From NCBI GenBank assembly GCA_963708025.1, contig CAVPSB010000025.1, forward strand, positions 32,001-96,000: DNA of 64,000 nt. Direction: 5' to 3'. Both the position numbers and the translations under genes were made by a program. Shown piece by piece: positions 19,258 through 28,677 of the stretch. Positions within the stretch are counted from its first letter, which is position 1; each line of letters starts with the position of its first letter. The notes beneath the pieces are model-generated. The model worked only from the letters and a program-made list of their open reading frames with translations, made no database searches and was not told where the DNA came from. This stretch comes from an uncultured Candidatus Rokubacteria bacterium. GTDB taxonomy: Bacteria; Methylomirabilota; Methylomirabilia; Rokubacteriales; DASRDR01.

Positions 19258-19287
19258 CGGATTGTTGAGAATGAAAGGCCTGACCCC
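19207..19287. repeat. Palindromic element GGGGTCAGGCCTTTCATTCT (copy 1)
   Basis: 24/25-bp inverted repeat; second copy at 24893. Confidence 0.85.
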
Positions 19288-20006
19288 TACAGGTGGGCGA
19301 TGTCGTCCTCGGGGGAGGTCTCCCGCTGGCGGAAGCGGCGCTCCAGCACCTCGCGCGCGAGGTCGCGCGCCCCCAGGCCGAAGGCGAGGGCGAAGGTCAG
19401 GACGATCCCGCCGAACGTGAGCCCGAAGGCGATCATGACCATCTCCCGTCCGATCCCGAGCTGGGTGAGCACCGCCGCCAGCGTGAAGGCCAGCACCGCC
19501 CACCGCACCGCGCGCGCCAGGACCCGGGCCTCGACGATGCGGGCGTTCACCGACCCGATGAGGACGGCGTTCGAGAGGAAGTTGGCCAGGAGCCAGCCGA
19601 CCACGAGCATGAGCGCGGCGGCCAGGACGTTGGGGATGAGCTGGACGACCATCGAGGTCGCGCCGGACATCCCCGGGAGCGCCAGCGCGTCGATCCCCAT
19701 CATGGCGAACAGCAGGAAGATCCCCCAGAAGACCAGGGAGCCGGCCAGCGCATCGGGCTCGCGCAGGATGCCGGCGCGTGCCAATGCTTGCTGAACGCCC
19801 CAGCGCTCGCACCGCGCGCTGAAGCGGACGGCCCGGAGGACGCGCACGACCAGCGACCGGGCCACGGCGCCGATGGCGAGCCCGAGCAGCAGCAGGGCCA
19901 CCATGGTGAGCACGTTCGGCACCACGTCGGCCAGGCGCCGCCCGACGCCCCGCATGGTCTCCACCACGACGATGTCGTCCCAGATGCTCCGCATGACCGA
20001 CTCCAC
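19287..20006 (-). CDS. MscS-associated conserved TM-helix (CmpX-like) membrane protein
   Basis: Repeated PNVL..ALLLL.G motif, ALAFGLGARDLA. Confidence 0.75.
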   Translation of the reverse strand: MESVMRSIWDDIVVVETMRGVGRRLADVVPNVLTMVALLLLGLAIGAVARSLVVRVLRAVRFSARCERWGVQQALARAGILREPDALAGSLVFWGIFLLFAMMGIDALALPGMSGATSMVVQLIPNVLAAALMLVVGWLLANFLSNAVLIGSVNARIVEARVLARAVRWAVLAFTLAAVLTQLGIGREMVMIAFGLTFGGIVLTFALAFGLGARDLAREVLERRFRQRETSPEDDIAHL

Positions 20007-20082
20007 CTCCGGGGCGGCGGCTCCCCTCTTTCAGCCTACGGGACCCCCCGCAGCCGGTCAATCCGTGAAGGCCCGCTAGCTT

Positions 20083-20223
20083 CTTCGGGGGGGTCTCGGA
20101 AGACCCCCCCGATGCCCCCCTCGGTTGCGCCGGCAAAGCCGGCGCTCGGACGCTGCTCTTCACCGAGCACCGCCAGCCGCAGGCCCCGCGATACTCCGAC
20201 GGTCTTCCGAGATCCCCCCGAAG
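20083..20223. repeat. MITE-like element with 23-bp terminal inverted repeats
   Basis: CTTCGGGGGGGTCTCGGAAGACC ... GGTCTTCCGAGATCCCCCCGAAG (22/23). Confidence 0.7.
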
Positions 20224-20226
20224 GTA

Positions 20227-21429
20227 TCAGGCGCCGAACTTCGTGAAGCGGAGCGCGTTCGCCATCACCAGGGGCATCAGGTGGTGGGAGGGGAAGGTGC
20301 CGAGGCTCCCCGCCCCGCAGGCTCGCTCGGTGAAACGCTCGACCGCGTCGGCCGTCGCGTAGCGACCGGCCAGGAGCACCGGGACGGGGTGCCAGGAGTG
20401 CGCCGCCAGCACGGCGGGAGTGGCGTGGTCGCCGGTGATCGCGAGGACGTCCGGCCGGAGCGCCTCGATGCCGGGGATCTCCGCGTCCAGGCGCTCGAGC
20501 GCGGAGACCTTGGCGGCGAAGTCGCCGTCCTCGCCCGCCTTGTCGGTGTCCTTGTAGTGGAGGAAGAAGAAGTCGTAGGCGTCCCAGTGCGCCCGGAGCG
20601 TCGCCACCTCCTCGGGGAAGGTCCCGCCGGTCTTGACCGCGTCCATGCCGACCAGTCGCGCGAGGCCCCGGTACATCGGGTAGGCGGCGATGGCGGCGGC
20701 GCGGAGACCGAAGACCTCGGGGAAGCGCGGGAGCACCGGGAGCTGATCGAAGCCGCGGAGGAGGACCATGTTGGCGGGCGACGCGTCGGCGAGCCGCCGC
20801 CCCGCCTCGGCGATGAACGCGTTGACCAGCCCTGCGGTGCGCTCGGCCTCCGGGGCGAGGGCGCGGACGGGGAGCGGGCGCTGGCCGATCGCCTGGGGAT
20901 CCGTCTCGGACAGGTGGCCCGTGAGGCCGGGCCCCCGCAGCACCAGCACGAAGCGGTGCTCCTTCACCGGCTCGACGAGGACCTCGACGCCCGCCAGGCG
21001 GATCGTCCGGAGTTGCTCCACCAGCTCGACGCACCGGATGGTCGGGATCCGCCCGGCCCGCCGGTCGGTGATCCGCCCCTCCCGGTCCACCGTGCAGAAG
21101 TTCCCGCGGGCGGCGACGTCGCCGGGACGGAGGTCGAAATCGATGCCGAGCGCCTCGAGGACGCCGCGGCCGACGACGTAGCGCAGCGGATCGTAGCCGA
21201 AGAGCCCGAGGTGCCCCGGCCCGCTCCCCGGCGTGATGCCGGGGCCCACGTGGCGGATCAGGCCACAGCTCGCCCGGCGCGCCAGGGCGTCGAGGTGCGG
21301 CAGCCGGGCCGTCTCCAGCTCCGAGCGTCCCGTGTCCGGATGCGGGAACCCGCCGAGTCCGTCCGACGAGAGCAGGACGATCTTCGTCGTCCCCGGGATG
21401 GCCAGGCTCCGGATCAGGTCGAGATCCAC
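20227..21429 (-). CDS. apgM: 2,3-bisphosphoglycerate-independent phosphoglycerate mutase (ApgM type)
   Basis: KIVLLSSDGLGG, PGITPGSGPGHLGLFGYDP, DRRAGRI, FLHYKDTDKAGEDGD, ITGDHATP, HSWHPVP. Confidence 0.9.
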   Translation of the reverse strand: MDLDLIRSLAIPGTTKIVLLSSDGLGGFPHPDTGRSELETARLPHLDALARRASCGLIRHVGPGITPGSGPGHLGLFGYDPLRYVVGRGVLEALGIDFDLRPGDVAARGNFCTVDREGRITDRRAGRIPTIRCVELVEQLRTIRLAGVEVLVEPVKEHRFVLVLRGPGLTGHLSETDPQAIGQRPLPVRALAPEAERTAGLVNAFIAEAGRRLADASPANMVLLRGFDQLPVLPRFPEVFGLRAAAIAAYPMYRGLARLVGMDAVKTGGTFPEEVATLRAHWDAYDFFFLHYKDTDKAGEDGDFAAKVSALERLDAEIPGIEALRPDVLAITGDHATPAVLAAHSWHPVPVLLAGRYATADAVERFTERACGAGSLGTFPSHHLMPLVMANALRFTKFGA

Positions 21430-21767
21430 CGCGCCTCCTCCTCCGGCCCATCGCCCGGGGTGAGCGCCCCGTCGCCGACCCACTCGGCGACGTGCACCCG
21501 GATCTCGGTCAAGTAGCGGAAGTCGGCGTCGAACTCGTGGACGACGATATGCTGCTCGTCGGGGTCGTAGTAGCGCACCGCGAAGTGGGCCGGATCCAGC
21601 GCGAAGCCGTCGATCGTCCGGCAGCCCTCGAAGTCGATGCCGAGCCGCCGCATGACCTCGGGCAGGGTGTATGCCTGCCCGGCGACCGTCAGCCGCCGGG
21701 CTCCGCGGCCGAGCGGGCCGAACCGGCTCTCCATCCGGCCGCGGGCGCCCGCGGGTGGCTCGCCCAT
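21414..21767 (-). CDS. Hypothetical protein
   Basis: 117-aa ORF with typical codon usage, overlapping the apgM start. Confidence 0.6.
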   Translation of the reverse strand: MGEPPAGARGRMESRFGPLGRGARRLTVAGQAYTLPEVMRRLGIDFEGCRTIDGFALDPAHFAVRYYDPDEQHIVVHEFDADFRYLTEIRVHVAEWVGDGALTPGDGPEEEARWIST

Positions 21768-21993
21768 GACCCGAGTCTAGCAGGCCGCCGAGCGGTGCGG
21801 CAAACGGCCGGGTGGCGGCCGGGTGGCGGCGCCGCCCTTGAAGGCGCCACGCCGCTCTTGCTATAGTGACGGCCACCGCCCTTTTCCGATTATGAGCACG
21901 CGACCTTCCCCGCGCCGACCGCCGAGCCGCGACCTCGCCGGGCCCCGCGCCCGGTCGGCGGCGGCGCCCGGCCCCCATGAAGGAGGAGTCGAG

Positions 21994-23427
21994 ATGGCCG
22001 CAGGGAGCGACGTGAACCGACCCGCCGGCGCCGATCGGCGGCCGCCCCCCTGGCCCGCGACGCCCGTGCCCACCGCCGACGAGGTCTACGGGAACCTCGC
22101 CGAGCCGGCCAAGAACTACCCCACCTTCCTCGAGTCCATCGTCCACCCGAAGGACGCCTTCAAGAAGCCGGAGGCGCTGGACCGGGTCCGGGTGCTGGAC
22201 TGCTCGACCGGCATGATCATCGGTCACTGGGCGTCCTCGATGCTCGCCGAGCTGGGGGCCGAGGTCATCCAGATCGAGCCGCCCGGCGGCGATCCGCTCC
22301 GGCAGCTCACGCCCTTCGGCCGCAAGGAGTACATGGTCAAGGACAAGGCGCGGGGCGAGGCGGTCGGGCTCCACTTCCTCCACGAGATGCGGAACAAGTA
22401 CTCGGTGACGCTGGACCTCTCGAAGCCGGCCGGCCGGGACGTCCTCAAGAAGCTCGCCAACCACGTCGACGTGATCATCGAGAACGCGCCGCCCGGCCAG
22501 TGGGACAAGTGGGGGATCGGGTACCGCCAGCTCTCGAAGATCAACCCCCGGCTCGTCTACGCGTGGGTCGGCCAGCGGGGCCAGTGGGGGCCGCTCAAGG
22601 ACAAGCCGGGCATGCGGGACCCGGTGGCCCAGGCCGCCTGCGGCTTCGTCCACGCCACCGGCGACCCCAAGGAGTTCGGCGGCCGCCCCACCCGCTCCGG
22701 GATGTGGATGGCCGACCACGTGGGCGGCACGGCGGCGGCGATGGCCATCGTCTCCGCCCTGGTCCACCGGGAGCGGACGTCCGGGCGGGGCCAGTTCATC
22801 GAGTCGACCGCGGCGGAGGCGGTGATCCGCATCCTGGACTACAACTGGGCCTGGCACGGGATGGACGGCTCGATCCGGCCGCGCTACGGCAACTGGGACC
22901 TGGCCATCAACATCTACGCCGTCAACCCGTGCAAGGACGGCTTCATGATGGTCGGCGGCGGCCACGACCGCCTGTGGTACCGGATCTGGAAGACGGTCGG
23001 CGACGAGGTCCCGGCCGCCGAGGAGGAGATCATCGCCGACCCCAACCTGCGCAATGTCTCCGAGCGGCTCCCCCACACTCGCCAGGTCAAGACCTACACG
23101 CTCCTCTGCGAGTGGCTGAAGGAGAACACCCGGGCGGAGGCGGAGCGGAAGCTCGTGCGCCAGGAGGTCGCCTCCGGCGGCGTGATGGCGGTCCACGAGG
23201 TCGCCGAGTACCCACACTTCAAGTACCGGGGGCAGGTGACCGAGTTCGACGACCAGCTCTACGGGAAGGTGCTGGTCGGCTCCTCGCCGAACCTCGCCGA
23301 GAAGGTGCCGGCGCGGCTCAAGTGGATCGGCCGCCCGGTGGGGTACGACACCGAGGACGTCTACCGGCGGCTGCTCGGTCTGACCCGCGACGACTTCGCC
23401 CGGCTCCGGAAGCAGGAGGTCATCTGA
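21994..23427 (+). CDS. Family III (CaiB/BaiF) CoA-transferase A1
   Basis: AAGGAGG RBS; RVLDCS, LAELGAEVIQIEPPGGDPLR, RNKYSVTLDL, catalytic-position WMADHVGG, GRGQFI. Confidence 0.9.
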   Translation: MAAGSDVNRPAGADRRPPPWPATPVPTADEVYGNLAEPAKNYPTFLESIVHPKDAFKKPEALDRVRVLDCSTGMIIGHWASSMLAELGAEVIQIEPPGGDPLRQLTPFGRKEYMVKDKARGEAVGLHFLHEMRNKYSVTLDLSKPAGRDVLKKLANHVDVIIENAPPGQWDKWGIGYRQLSKINPRLVYAWVGQRGQWGPLKDKPGMRDPVAQAACGFVHATGDPKEFGGRPTRSGMWMADHVGGTAAAMAIVSALVHRERTSGRGQFIESTAAEAVIRILDYNWAWHGMDGSIRPRYGNWDLAINIYAVNPCKDGFMMVGGGHDRLWYRIWKTVGDEVPAAEEEIIADPNLRNVSERLPHTRQVKTYTLLCEWLKENTRAEAERKLVRQEVASGGVMAVHEVAEYPHFKYRGQVTEFDDQLYGKVLVGSSPNLAEKVPARLKWIGRPVGYDTEDVYRRLLGLTRDDFARLRKQEVI

Positions 23428-24892
23428 TGGCCACCAGGAAGCCCGCTCCCAAGGCGCCCAAGGCGCCCAAGGCGCCAAGGCGAAAGTCCGGCGCGCTGCT
23501 CCGGCGGCGCGCGCCAGCGGCAACGGGAACGGTCGGGCGGCCCAGGCCCCGTCCAACCCCGAGTTCGAGCGCTACTGCCGCGAGACGTTCGGCCCGGCCG
23601 CCGTCCACGGCAAGCCCGAGGTGCTGAAGGGCGTCCGCGTGCTCTCGGCCACGCAGTACATCCTGGGGCCGTCGTGTGCGGCCTACCTCGGGGAGCTGGG
23701 CGCCGAGGTCATCAAGATCGAGGCGCCCCGCCGGGGCGAGCCCATGCGCCACTCGACGCCCGGCAACGAGGGCTTCCTCTATCCGCTGTCCCGCTGGGTC
23801 CCCCAGTCCGGCACCGGGCTCGGCTTCTTCGGGGCCAACTTCAACGAGTCGTTCATCTCGATGGACTTCCACCGGCCCGAGGCGCGCGAGCTCATGTACA
23901 AGCTGGCCGCCAAGTCCGACATCATGGTGGAGAACTTCCGGCCCGGCACCTTCGACCGGTGGGGCATCGGGTACCGGCAGCTCCGCGAGGTGAACCCGCG
24001 GCTCATCTACGTCTGGTGCGGCGGCTTCGGCGGCTGGGGGCCGGGCCGGGTCCGGGCCTCCTACGACATCCTGGGCCAGGCCCAGGGCGGGGCCTTCGCC
24101 ATCACCGGCCAGCCCGAGGAGCTGGGCGGCTCGCCGGCCAAGCACACGATCTGGCTCGCCGACTACTGGGGCGGGATGATGGCCGCCACCCACGCGCTGT
24201 CGGCCCTGTACTGGCGCGACAACGTCTCGGGGCAGGGCACCTTCCTCGAGTTCAGCCAGGTCCACGGGGTCTCGCGCCAGCTCGAGTACGCCCTCCCGCT
24301 CTACGGCCGCTACGGCGTGATCCGGGAACGGTGGGGCAACTGGGACACCGAGCTGTGCGTCCACGGCATCGTCAAGTGCGGCAAATCCTCCTACCCGACC
24401 TCCGACAACCCGCAGGAGCGGGAGGAAGGCTATCTCCTGATCTCGGCGTACGAGGACGACGACTTCGCGCGGCTGGCGCGGACCGTCGGCAAGCCCGAGC
24501 TGGCGCGGGTCTACAAGAGCCACGACGTCCGCGTCCGGGCCGACAGCCAGCGCGAGATCTACAAGGTTCTCGAGGAGTGGGCGGTCGACAAGACGAAGGA
24601 GCAGGCGGCGCAGGCCCTCGACCGCGCGAGCATCCTCAACCAGCCGGTGTGGAACGCCAAGGAAGTGGCCAGTCACCCGCACTGGCGAGAGCGCGGCTCG
24701 ATCTTCTGGATGGACGACCCGACGTACGGGGACGTCCTGTCCCAGGGGTCGCCCTTCAAGATGTCGGAGACCCCGCCCCGGGTGAAGTGGGCACTCAAGC
24801 CGATCGGCGCCGACAACGAGGCGATCTACTCGCGGCTCTGCGGCCTGACCGCCGAGGAGATCAAGAAGCTCGAATCGGATGAAGTCATCTGA
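23427..24892 (+). CDS. Family III CoA-transferase A2; frame break in the Lys/Pro-rich N-terminal extension
   Basis: TGATG coupling; LGELGAEVIKIE, ENFRPG, IWLADYWGG; AAGGCGCCC repeats at 23451-23477. Confidence 0.88.
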
Positions 24893-24965
24893 GGGGTCAG
24901 GCCTTTCATTCTTGCCAATCCGGCCGGCAGTGTCGCGGAATGTATAGATTGAAAGGCCTGACCCC
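24893..24965. repeat. Palindromic element GGGGTCAGGCCTTTCA (copy 2)
   Basis: 19/20-bp inverted repeat directly after the TGA stop. Confidence 0.85.
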
Positions 24966-24980
24966 GACGAGGCGAATGCC

Positions 24981-25367
24981 ATGATGCTGAAGTGCAAGTG
25001 CGGGGTGAAAAACTACCTGGACCCGTATCCCTTCTGGAACTTCAAGGGGCGGACGAAGTGCGCCGGCTGCGACACCGTGTATGCGGTCGAGATCGCCGGC
25101 GGGGCCTCCGTGGGTGAGCCCAAGCCCACCAAGCAGGAGACGGGACCGCTCGTCCTGCCCGGGTTCGCCGACACCCCCGACTACCAGCCGGTGGTGGGGC
25201 CCGGGAAGACGCGGCCGGCGCCCCAGGCCCGGGCCGACGTCTACGGCAAGCCGAAGCCGGTCGTGCGGAACGCCCGGGGCCGCCTGGTGTCGGGGCGCCC
25301 GCTGAAGGCGGACGAGCTGGTCGGCTCCCGATCCCGCTACATCGTCGAGGGCGTCGAGCCCAAGTAA
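24981..25367 (+). CDS. Hypothetical Zn-ribbon protein
   Basis: CKC...CAGC Cys pairs; strong GC3 bias; in operon orientation. Confidence 0.75.
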   Translation: MMLKCKCGVKNYLDPYPFWNFKGRTKCAGCDTVYAVEIAGGASVGEPKPTKQETGPLVLPGFADTPDYQPVVGPGKTRPAPQARADVYGKPKPVVRNARGRLVSGRPLKADELVGSRSRYIVEGVEPK

Positions 25368-25395
25368 CCGGCCTCCCCCGGGAGGAGATGACGGC

Positions 25396-25989
25396 ATGGC
25401 TGAGATCCTGTGCTTCTCCTGCACGCACTTCGCGCCCGCCCTCGACCCCAACATCGCCAAGGCGTTCGTCGGCGGGTGCAAGAAGTGGGAGGCTCCGTTC
25501 ACGCTGATCCTCAAGGAAGGCGTGACCGAGTGCCCCCTGTACGAGAAGGGCGCCCGCGTCCACCGGCCGGCCGCCGCGGCCGCCGCCGTCGGCCCCGTCG
25601 CCAAGGCCCCGGCCCGTAAGCGTGTGGAGCTCTACTACTCCTCGAAGCACCGGCCGGGCGAGGCGTTCCCCTTCTCGACGGAGCGGGCGCTCGAGCTGCT
25701 GGGCCGGCTCCGGGCCAAGGGCATCGAGGCCGAGGCCCGGGACCTGAGCGAGGCCCGCGACGTCTTCCCCGTCTACCACAAGGCGGTGACGGGGCCGAGC
25801 GCCGCCAAGCGCGCGGTCTTCGGCATGAAGGGCGCCCTGGAGGAGGACTTCGGCCGCCGGGTCCCCGCCCTCATGATCTTCGAAGGCGATCGCTATCCGG
25901 CCGAGGTCTTCCCCCGGATGGACCGCGAGCTGAACCGGGTCGTCGGGGTCGAGGAAGCGCTCGAGAAGCTGACGACGGGCGCGTCCTAG
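25396..25989 (+). CDS. Hypothetical protein with N-terminal 4-Cys domain
   Basis: GGAGGAG RBS; CFSC...GCKKW...ECPLY, Ala/Pro linker, then a second domain. Confidence 0.78.
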   Translation: MAEILCFSCTHFAPALDPNIAKAFVGGCKKWEAPFTLILKEGVTECPLYEKGARVHRPAAAAAAVGPVAKAPARKRVELYYSSKHRPGEAFPFSTERALELLGRLRAKGIEAEARDLSEARDVFPVYHKAVTGPSAAKRAVFGMKGALEEDFGRRVPALMIFEGDRYPAEVFPRMDRELNRVVGVEEALEKLTTGAS

Positions 25990-26092
25990 TGCCGTTCCAA
26001 CTTCATGAGCCGACATGGACACGCGATTCTTGAAGCACCGACGTGCCGCACTCCTCGAAACCATTAGCTGGAACGAGTTGGAACGGCACTAG
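25986..26092. mobile_element. 107-bp MITE-like element with CTAG ends
   Basis: Perfect 17-bp inverted repeat CTAGTGCCGTTCCAACT/AGTTGGAACGGCACTAG; lower-GC interior. Confidence 0.75.
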
Positions 26093-26122
26093 CCCGACCG
26101 CGCGCGAGAAAGAGGCGACGTC

Positions 26123-27781
26123 ATGGGCCAGATCCCCGCGGCCTATCTCCCCCCCCGGGAGCTGTGGCCGGAGCGCATCTACACGCTGCCCGAGCACCGG
26201 AGCTATCCGCAGCGCCTGAACTCGACCGAGGAGCTGGTGGACCGCCACGTGGCGGACGGACGCGGGGACCGGGTCGCGATCCTCTACGAGGATCAGAAGC
26301 TCACCTACCGGCAGCTCCAGGGCTCGATCGACCGGCTCGGCAGCGCGCTTCGCGGCCTCGGGATCGAGGAGGAGGACCGGGTGCTTCTCCGCGCCCCGTC
26401 GATCCCGCCCGCCCTCGTCGCCAACTTCGCCGTCATCAAGATCGGGGCCGTCATCGTGCCGACCTCGCCGCTCTTCTCGCGGGCCGAGATCGCGCACGTG
26501 GCCGAGAACACCGAGGCGGTGGCCCTGATCGTCGCCGCGCCGCTCATGGCCGAGGTCGAGCAGGCCAAGGCCGAGCTGCGGCGGATCAAGCACGTCATCG
26601 TGATCGGCGGTGACGCCGCCGAGATCAAGGGCAAGGGGTACATCCCCTACGGCGAGCTGATCGCGAAGGGGAGCGAGCGGTGCGAGCCGGCCCGCCGGGA
26701 CCGGGATGCGGTATCGGTGCTCCTGTACACCTCGGGAACGACCGGGCTGCCGAAGGGGACCGTCCACTTCATGGAAGAGGCCCTGACCGTCCCCGACGGC
26801 TTCGCCAAGTACGGCTGGCGGGTCACGGCGGACGACGTGATCGGCGGGCCGGCCCCGCTCTCTTTGGCCGCGGGCTATTCCACCCAGGCGGTGATCCCGT
26901 TCCGCTTCGGCGCCGCCGCCTCGCTCCTGCCCCGCTTCACGCCGGAGGGCATGTTCGAGCAGATCCAGAAGCATCGGATCACGGTCGTCTCGATCCTGCC
27001 GACGGCCTACCGCAAGATGATGCAGGTGCCGAACGCCCGCCAGACCTACGACCTCTCGTCGGTCCGGATCTGCACCGGCGGCGGGGAGTCGCTCGGAGCG
27101 GAGACCTACCACCGCTGGAAGGAGACCTTCGGGCTCGAGATCTACGAGGGGCTGGGCACGACCGAGATGATGTATGTCTTCGTCTCCTCGGCCGTGACCC
27201 GCCGCGTCAAGCCTGGCGCCATCGGACCGGCGGTGCCGGGTTACGAGGTCAAGGTCCTGACCGAGGACGGGGCCGATGCCAAGGCGGGGGAGGTCGGGCT
27301 CCTGATCGCCCGGGGGCCGACCGGCACCGTGTACTGGCGCGACCCGGACAAGCAGAAGTCGGCCGTCCGGAACGGCTGGTGCCGCGCCGGGGACTTCGTG
27401 ACGATGGACGAGGACGGCTACGTCTGGTTCATGTCGCGCGAGGACGACCTCATCAAGTCCTCGGGCTACCGGATCGGTCCCGAGGAGATCGAGGACGCGC
27501 TCGCCCGGCATTCCTCGGTGGTCGACGTCGGCGTCATCGGCGTGCCGGACGCCGTGCGGGGTCAGAACACCCGGGCCTACGTGGTGCTGAAGGCCGGGAT
27601 CCAGCCGTCGGAGGCGCTGAAGGTCGAGCTGGTCGAGTTCTGCCGGGACAAGATCGCCGTGTACAAGCTGCCCCGGGAGATCGAGTGGGCCGGCCAGCTC
27701 CCCCGGGCCCCGGGGCCCGCCGGCCCCGGAACCGGCAAGCTCCTCCGCCGCGTCCTCCGCGAGAAGACCCCGGCGCGATAG
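26123..27781 (+). CDS. Acyl-CoA ligase, benzoate/2-aminobenzoate-CoA ligase-like
   Basis: YLPPRELWPE N-terminus, LYTSGTTGLPKG, YEGLGTTE, GDF, KSSGYRIGPEEIE, TGKLLR. Confidence 0.88.
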   Translation: MGQIPAAYLPPRELWPERIYTLPEHRSYPQRLNSTEELVDRHVADGRGDRVAILYEDQKLTYRQLQGSIDRLGSALRGLGIEEEDRVLLRAPSIPPALVANFAVIKIGAVIVPTSPLFSRAEIAHVAENTEAVALIVAAPLMAEVEQAKAELRRIKHVIVIGGDAAEIKGKGYIPYGELIAKGSERCEPARRDRDAVSVLLYTSGTTGLPKGTVHFMEEALTVPDGFAKYGWRVTADDVIGGPAPLSLAAGYSTQAVIPFRFGAAASLLPRFTPEGMFEQIQKHRITVVSILPTAYRKMMQVPNARQTYDLSSVRICTGGGESLGAETYHRWKETFGLEIYEGLGTTEMMYVFVSSAVTRRVKPGAIGPAVPGYEVKVLTEDGADAKAGEVGLLIARGPTGTVYWRDPDKQKSAVRNGWCRAGDFVTMDEDGYVWFMSREDDLIKSSGYRIGPEEIEDALARHSSVVDVGVIGVPDAVRGQNTRAYVVLKAGIQPSEALKVELVEFCRDKIAVYKLPREIEWAGQLPRAPGPAGPGTGKLLRRVLREKTPAR

Positions 27782-27818
27782 GCCGGCAGCCGTCTCCGCG
27801 CTGGCCGGGGGGCCGTCG

Positions 27819-28449
27819 TCAGCCGGTGTCCCCGAGCCGCCGGCCCAGGACGTAGAGCCGGAACCCGTCAGGCAGCTCGAGGCTGGCCAGCTCCGCGAAG
27901 CCCTGCCGCTGGTAGAACCCGAGGGGGCCGGCGCCACAGAAGAGATGCACGCCCGGCGCGTCGGTCTCGCGCAGCGCCCCCAGGATACCGCTCGACCAGC
28001 GCCGTGCCGAGGCCTCGACCGCGGGAGCCGGCGGCGACGTTCATGTGGAGGTGTGCCGGGTAGCGGGCGGACAGGGTCGCCAGCAGGTCGGGGGGGAAGC
28101 GCTCCTCGACGGCGTGGGCGAGCCCGAACGCGCGACGGACGAAGCGGCGCGTGTTAACGGTCCAGCCATAGCGCCCGGCGGCCACCCGGGCCAGGAGCGG
28201 GAGCGTGATCCGGAAGGCGCGGGCCCGCTCGAAGGCGGCGGAGTCGGGGCAGCCGGTCAGGTAGCCGACGAGCCCGCCCCCCTCCTCGGCCACGAGAGCC
28301 CAGCCCGGCGCCAGCCGCTCGTACGCCCCGATCCACACCTCGGCGAAGAAGGCCCACCGCCTCGGCTCGATCGGGTTACCGCCATCCCCGGTCTGGCAGC
28401 ACAGCCTCCGGATGGCAATCCAGTCGCCGGGATGCGCCGCCCGAACCAC
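27819..28449 (-). CDS. GNAT acetyltransferase; frameshift near 27985
   Basis: GYLTGCPD, YPAHLHMNV..RGRGLGTALV, then GVHL...FYQRQGF in the shifted frame. Confidence 0.75.
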
Positions 28450-28497
28450 CGCTGCGCGCCCGCGATGGAAGCCTCAGGACCTGTGCTAGTCGAAGAC

Positions 28498-28677
28498 GGG
28501 GCGGGGCCGAGGAGCGAGCAGCGCTAGGACGCAGGGAGTCGCCCACCGCAGGCGTATGCCGCATACGCCGAGGATGGGCGACGACCGAGGACGACCATAG
28601 GTCGGGACGGACGCGAGGCCGTAGGCCGAGCGCGTCACGACCGAGATCGACGTTGCGAAGCTCATCGGCCCCGCCCC
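28498..28677 (-). repeat. Structured MITE-like repeat, GGGGCGGGGCCGA termini (copy 1)
   Basis: 13-bp terminal inverted repeats; homologous to 45466-45680. Confidence 0.85.

Noticed and set aside
17329-20163. 944-aa ORF as a giant aspartase fusion
   Set aside because: Lyase motifs cover only ~17750-19210; the flanks overlap other genes out of frame
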